Shown here in pieces: positions 58,005-64,000 of a DNA stretch of 64,000 nt. The DNA lies in contig NC_047062.1 in NCBI RefSeq assembly GCF_902459465.1, forward strand, positions 21,576,001 through 21,640,000, given 5' to 3'. The DNA is from Asterias rubens (Eukaryota). The notes below the pieces were generated by a model that ran no database searches, was not told the DNA's origin, and worked only from the letters and a program-made list of their open reading frames with translations. Numbering within the stretch: the first letter of the stretch is position 1; each line of letters opens with the position of its first letter. The position numbers and the translations under genes were made by a program.

Positions 58005-59894
58005 TTTTCAAGTACAATTTTTGTTGGTTTTATAATCGATATTTGGATTATAAACTCACCACGAAGCGGAATTTACAGGGTTAAGAAAAAGAATTTTAAA
58101 TAGAAGGGAAGTATTGATATGTAGAAGCGATCCAATCGCAGAGTAAAACGGACACGGTAAAACATTAGTTTCTAAACGATGTAAAATTGGATTTGGTAAA
58201 TCATTTGTTTCTAAACAATGTAAAATTGAATTTGTTGTAAACAGTGAAATAAACCTGATGGAATGCCTCATTGTTCCACGTCTCACCAAATCAAGAGTGA
58301 GTGTGTGAAGTTTAAAACAGGTAAAGCTACGAGAGATACCGTGTCATGATGTATAGAAGACGTCACACCGGTGACGTCATTGGAAATGCTAATTATTATT
58401 ATTCTAAACAAGGCACAAAGTGCCGTGATTTTTTTGTTGAATGAACTCTTTAAAAGGCTTGTTGTGTAAAACGGGGGAATCGCTACTTACTACTCTTTTT
58501 TTATCAATTCAATTTTAGAAAGTACTCCCGCTGTTTTAACAGTTTTTAACTTATTTTGGGATTGACCAAAAACAGTAGCCTTGATTTTAATAAGTATGGT
58601 CGTGGGTTTAATCTTGTGACGGGGCGTTAATACCAAAGACAGCAGAAGCACAACGTTCGCCAAGAAAATAAACAAAGGCAAGCATTTACATAATAATGAC
58701 TAATTGGTTGGACATGGGTCACGTGACACAGTGGTGTCGTTGTTTCGACGCATTGCAGAATGCATTTTAATGTTGACAAGGTTCATTATTTCAAAAATGA
58801 TGATAAACATAAACATTTAAAAAACTTAATATAAAGATTACAATTTCTTAAAAACTTTATATAAATTATTGTGATTTTTTAAAGACTACAAATAAGCGGT
58901 TAGTAAGAAATAACTTTTTAAAGAAAATCTTAATTTTGTAATATTATCACTAATTCTGAACAAAGACCTAGGTTGAAAAGTCACTCAAATATTATGACCA
59001 TTGCATTTTTTTAAAATATTATATAATTTATATTATTAAATATTTTTTGTGAAGAAAAAACCCAGACTTGTCTGAAACTGTTGTCAATGTTTGCATTCTA
59101 ATTTAGGGGAAAACAAAATGAGGATTTCTACCATTTTTATGAGCACAGCTGAAAATAAAAACCAAAAAATAAAAAAATACTATGCTGAATGTGACTTGAA
59201 AACCCAAAGCACAAATTAAACTGTATGGGGCGTTGAGCACCGTCCAACATGAACTGTTCTTTTCAACCACCCATGAAATGAAACTTGCAAATTTGTAAAT
59301 AAAGTTGATATTATTGATACTTTGCCCGCTTTTACTCTAATTAAAACAAATGCTCTTCAGAACAATAAAAATGTGTGATGTTTTTAAACTATTTTTTAAA
59401 CAAGCGGGGAGGGAGACCTGGTATTCATGTTATTTATTTATAAATATGTATCACATGTATTATAATAATAATATAAGCAAAACTATTTTTGTATGTGCAT
59501 TGAGACTGGATTTGTAGTAAGCAATATACTAAAAACTGTTGCTTGAAAAAGGAAGGGGTGTGTTCCGGAGAAGGGTGGTCGCGTCAAGTCCAAATAACAT
59601 GATAGGCGTCTACATGTAGTTAAACCATTAATGTACTTTTAGAGGTCAGGCGCCAGACCTGTACTCATTGAGGAGGCCGACGGCTATTTTATGTGGACGC
59701 ATTAATGGCTTGGTCGGCGGCTATTTCATGAAGACAGTTTTGTTGTGGATAATTTCAGTAAATTGTTTGTGATTTGACCTTATTTACGATGTTGTGTGTT
59801 CTGGACACAAGGCACAATAAATTATTATACTGTTACCATGAAACTTATTCCAGTTTTTCCTTGGTCTTATTTGAGTGAGATATTAGATATGGTG

Positions 59895-60140
59895 AAATCA
59901 GTCAATCAATCAATCAATCGTGGCGATAGCAAGGCGATCAATCAAGGAAATCAATACAAAGACCAATCAATCTGAATGTCAATCATGAAATTGATAACAA
60001 TCAATCGATATATCAACCATTCAATTGATACAAACCAATCAATCATGCAACTGATAAAAATCAATCAATGTATCAATCACAATCATGCAATTACTAAAAC
60101 TCAGACAATCAAACAATGATTCAATCAATCAATAAATCAA
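59895..60140. repeat. Degenerate (ATCA)n low-complexity tract
   Basis: Dense tcaatcaa / aatcaat repeats. Confidence 0.8.
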
Positions 60141-60974
60141 CCCAATAAATCAAGTGACGCGCACAGTGTTCAATGAATAAATCTGTATAATTTATTCACA
60201 AAACTTACAATCATAATATAAGAAATAGCTTATTAACAATATATATATTAACACATTTTAAAAACTTCTGAAAAGTAAATACAAAACGATCTAAGCTTAA
60301 ACAAAATAAATTTATTTACAAAGTAAAAACATAAGACATAACTTTAGGGGTGGGGATAGTGTTGGGGTGGGGGATGGGCTGCCAGCCCATCCCTGGGTAG
60401 GGGCGGTGTTGGGTGGGGGAGGATGTGTGTGCTGGCTAAGGGTGGTGCAAGGGGAGGGGCCAAATTTCCAGTGGGATGCTGATGCCCAAAAATCATGCAT
60501 TGTACTTGTACATGGCTCATTCAATTTATATAACTTTGTCATTTAAATAAAATGTGTTCAATAGGCCTAAAACAAAATTGTAAAAAAAAACACAATCCAC
60601 ACAACTCATCTTAAATGCAACATGTGTAACAGTATCCCCAATGAGATACACATGGTAAACATACCCAAAGGAAATAAAGGACTCAATTTCATGGCTATTC
60701 GGTATGAAGAAGAGTTGGTGCTTATGGTATGCTTTCATCAAATGTCATGTTTACATGATAGTGTTTCATGTTCAGGGAAAGTGTATGCACTCAACATACT
60801 TGATTCAGCATGCCACTTAGAAGTGATAAGCAATGCATAGTCAACATTATTGTCAAGTGCTGTATGAGAAAGTATAGAACTGACCTGAGAACACTCTATG
60901 ATATATACCCCTCTAGTGGAGAGGAACTACCGTTCTAGAAAGAGGGCAAACTGTTGTTCTTTCAACCAAACAAG

Positions 60975-61876
60975 AAAGCTGAACCATAAATTGAGTGCTA
61001 TAGATTCAAGTTTGTGAGAAAAGAACCCTGAATTGAGTGCTATAGGTTCAAGTTTGTGAAAGCTGAACCCTGAATTGAGTTCTATACATGTAGGTTCAAG
61101 TTTGTGAAAGCTGAACCATAATTTGAGTGATATAGGTTCAAGTTTGTGCAAGCTGAACCAGAAATTGAGTGATATAGGTTCAAGTTTGTGAAAGCTGAAC
61201 CAGGTATTGAGTTCTATACATGTAGGTTCAAGTTTGTGAAATCTGAACCATGAATTGAGTGATATAGGTTCAAGTTTTTGAAAGCTGAACCAGGAATTGA
61301 GTTCTAAAGGTTCAAGTTTGTGAAAGCTGAACCCTGAATTGAGTGCTATAGGTTCAAGTTTGTGAAAGCTGAACCCTGAATTGAGTGCTATAGGTTCAAG
61401 TTTGTGAAAGCTGAACCCTGAATTGAGTGCTATAGGTTCAAGTTTGTGAAAGCTGAACCCTGAATTGAGTGCTATAGGTTCAAGTTTGTGAAAGCTGAAC
61501 CCTGAATTGAGTGATATAGGTTCAAGTTTGTGAAAGCTGAACCCTGAATTGAGTGCTATAGGTTCAAGTTTGTGAAAGCTGAATCATGAACTGAGTGCTA
61601 TAGGTTCAAGTTTGTGAAATCTGAACCATGAATTGAGTGATATAGGTTCAAGTTTGTGAACGCTGAATCATGAATTGAGTGATATAGGTTCAAGTTTGTG
61701 AAAGCTGAACCCTGAATTGAGTGCAAAAGGTTCAAGTTTGTGAAAGCTGAATCATGAACTGAGTGCTTTAGGTTCAAGTTTGTGAAAGCTGAACCATGAA
61801 TTGAGTTCTATGCATGTAGGTTCAAGTTTGTGAAAGCTGAACCTTGAATTGAGCCCTATAGGCTCAAGTTTGTGAA
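60975..61876. repeat. 42-bp minisatellite, about 21 copies
   Basis: Unit AAAGCTGAACCCTGAATTGAGTGCTATAGGTTCAAGTTTGTG. Units are near-identical at 61321-61560 and more diverged at the edges. Confidence 0.97.
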
Positions 61877-63364
61877 GAAGAATTAAAGCTACTCATAAGT
61901 TTCTGTGAGAAACTTTGTCCGCCATGACAGATTTCCCACCATGGAATGAAATAGAACCGTCTTTTCACCAAATCAAATTCATTTAGATCTGAGGGATAAG
62001 CACAAGTTCAACATACTGGGAAACTCTAACTGTGCTAGTTTTTGCTGTCTTTTGGGCTTGGCAAAAGAATGCCAGCATTTCCTGAAGTAATCTAACGGAT
62101 CAGCTGGCAGGAAGTCAAGATCAGGGACTTCTCAAGTGATGTAAACAACACAGACTGGTTTCATGCACAGACATTCATTTTTCAACCATTGTTTCTGTCT
62201 GATATGTGGGTCCCGCCTGTAATGGCTACCATGGTAACTGGTCAACAAACGGCGACCATGGTCTTCTTTATAGGTTTAACTTATGTAGCATTGGCATAAC
62301 ATTGTGATTTCCTTTCAAGTTCATGACAGTGAGTTTTTGTTTGAAAGCATACATATCAAATTAAATAATTTGGAAAATAATTTGTTTTGCCGAGCATTGT
62401 GATTGATGGGATTTTGCTCTTGTGTGAATTGTTTCAAAATATAGCGAGAAACAAGAAAAGGGAGAAGTATGGGACCATGGCAGGGTGCTTTTACAAAGTC
62501 AATGGCAATTGGGGACTGGTGGTTTATAACTCCACATGGAGCCTTGGCTCGGACTAAACTCAGGTTGGACAGCTTCGTTACAGCCTTAGACTCCCCTTTC
62601 CTAGAAGGAAGAAGGTCAAATGGACACAGCAATTCGAGAAGCAATCTCCCATATATTGAGTAAATTCAATTGAGCCTATAATAAAAAAGACCTCAAATTT
62701 GAAACCAAATTCCTTCTAATAATAATCGTGATCTGAACCCTGTAATTGCTCAGACATTAAAAAAAAAAAAAAAGTTTGCCTGAACCATCCTTCACATTTA
62801 GCTCGGGACCTCTCTTTGACCTTTCCTTGTCTCTTTCAATCGGTTCCCACCCCTTATGAATGAAAAAATAAAGGAAAAAAATTAACCATATCTCAAGCCA
62901 CCCCCACCCATGGATTACCCATGTTGTTTTAATTGCCACAGTTTATGTATTTGTTTCATTTCTGGTTTGGTGTCACGTAACATATTCTTGGCTGCCACTT
63001 CATTACAGGTGTCTTGTGGTGGGCTAGACTTTTGTTACTTGGGTTGGGTACACATGCCCCTGCGAGGGATCCGTTTACATTGTTGTTGTCTGCGGTAGAC
63101 TGCCGCTCTCTCCTGATTGACTCTTCTCAGGAGTTCACAAGGAGTACATGAACATGAATGGTTTCCACGATGGAAGGTTTATGTTAGCGACTGGAAACCA
63201 TGTAGTAAACCATAGAGCCAGTGACAGTCTTTTTCTTTGAAATCACACACAAATATAAACCACCAGAATATGGTTTTGAGCGGATGTGAATGAACGTCCC
63301 ACATTTTTACACTGTGCCCAACTTATGTATTTATTGTTAACATGGCCTTTTTGTTGAAAACAAG

Positions 63365-63500
63365 CCAGGCCCCGAAATTCCTTCTTGAAGGGGTACAGTA
63401 ATTTTGCTCTGGTAAGGGGCACTTCTATGAGGAAAATGTAAATCTGTATTGAAACTTTGCAAAGGGGCACCACAGCAAAAGCAAGGGGCACCACGACAAC
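63365..63500. mobile_element. Degenerate GGGCAC-repeat hAT-like MITE fragment
   Basis: ccaggcccgaaatt..gtaaggggcacttctatgaggaaaatgtaaat..aggggcaccac resembles the 32176 and 20190 families. Confidence 0.55.
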
Positions 63501-63804
63501 TGCTGTGTGTAGTCGCTGCATAAACAAAAGTATAAACTGGTTTTGAGTGAATGTGAATGAACACGCTGCTTTTTCGACCCTACAACATGATGTTTGGTCA
63601 AGCGAGCTATCAAACCATTTTTTGTTTTATTCCTGGAAGAAACAAAAGTATTAACCACATTGGAGTCTGGGTTAGTGTGAATGTGAGTGGCGGGCACCGC
63701 CCTGGTTTCAACACAGTGCACATCCTATTTGTTACAAAGTTATGCATAACTCCTTTTCAAGACCAAAGCTGTAACTGTGGCAGGAGGGTCTCTATGTGTC
63801 ACCA

Positions 63805-64000
63805 GTGCCTAATTTCATAGAGCTGCTTCAGCAGAAAATAGTTCTTAACGAGTTTCTGCAGAGCAGAAATGAGCAAGAAACAAGTCACAAATAGCTTAAG
63901 CAGAAAATATTGCTTAACAAGTTTCTACTTATCGTAGTTTGGCCTGTAACCTTGTTCTGGTAAGCATATTTGTTCTGCTTAAACAGAAAATATTGCTTAA
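63805..64000 (+). mobile_element. Related AT-rich MITE running off the window end
   Basis: cagtgcctaatttcatagagctgctt followed by repeated gcagaaaatattgcttaa. It shares blocks with 11849-11960 and 18640-18700. Confidence 0.5.

Noticed and set aside
58359-58379. Double CRE palindrome and a GTCACGTGAC E-box (58718-58727) downstream of the TGFB stop
   Set aside because: These are short motifs in a probable 3'UTR, and the same E-box occurs inside an SLC3 coding exon. There is not enough support.
60975-61876. CRISPR-like regular array
   Set aside because: Whole units repeat with no unique spacers, there are no cas genes, and the context is eukaryotic. It is a minisatellite.
62321-63130. Possible last exons of a minus-strand neighbour (acceptor near 62601; open frame RERQSTADNNNVNGSLAG near 63110)
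   Set aside because: There is no recognisable homology and the phase cannot be fixed within the window. RNA-seq is needed.

Overview
AT-rich animal genomic DNA with GT-AG intron genes. It is not prokaryotic and contains no CRISPR array, rRNA or tRNA. Gene content and repeat style suggest an invertebrate deuterostome, probably an echinoderm such as a sea star (inference). I reconstructed seven protein-coding genes by hand with consistent splice phases: three FABP/iLBP genes with intronless CDS (584-7041); two tandem minus-strand SLC3 heavy-chain-like genes with GH13 ectodomains whose catalytic residues are altered (11 exons at 10266-22967; 10 exons at 24506-30352); LYPLAL1 (5 exons, minus, 32407-37513); and, head-to-head with it, a true TGF-beta ligand gene (4 coding exons, plus, 43630-57580). 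Introns and intergenic DNA hold many non-autonomous DNA transposons: TTAA-flanked Kolobok-like MITEs, a 383-bp foldback, hAT-like elements with about 6-bp TSDs, and a deleted Tc1 nested inside a MITE. LINE 3' fragments and minisatellites are also present. I cannot demonstrate a wholly new system. The strongest leads are: (1) LYPLAL1-TGFB linkage, which echoes human TGFB2-LYPLAL1; (2) an RGD motif plus the LTBP-type cysteine in an invertebrate TGF-beta prodomain; (3) a furin-type RRRR site plus a mucin-like exon inserted in an SLC3 ectodomain; (4) nuclear-receptor palindromes (IR1, IR3) and an IRF/PU.1 motif cluster around TGFB; (5) one MITE family found only just inside first introns. All family assignments come from motif recognition, not database searches.
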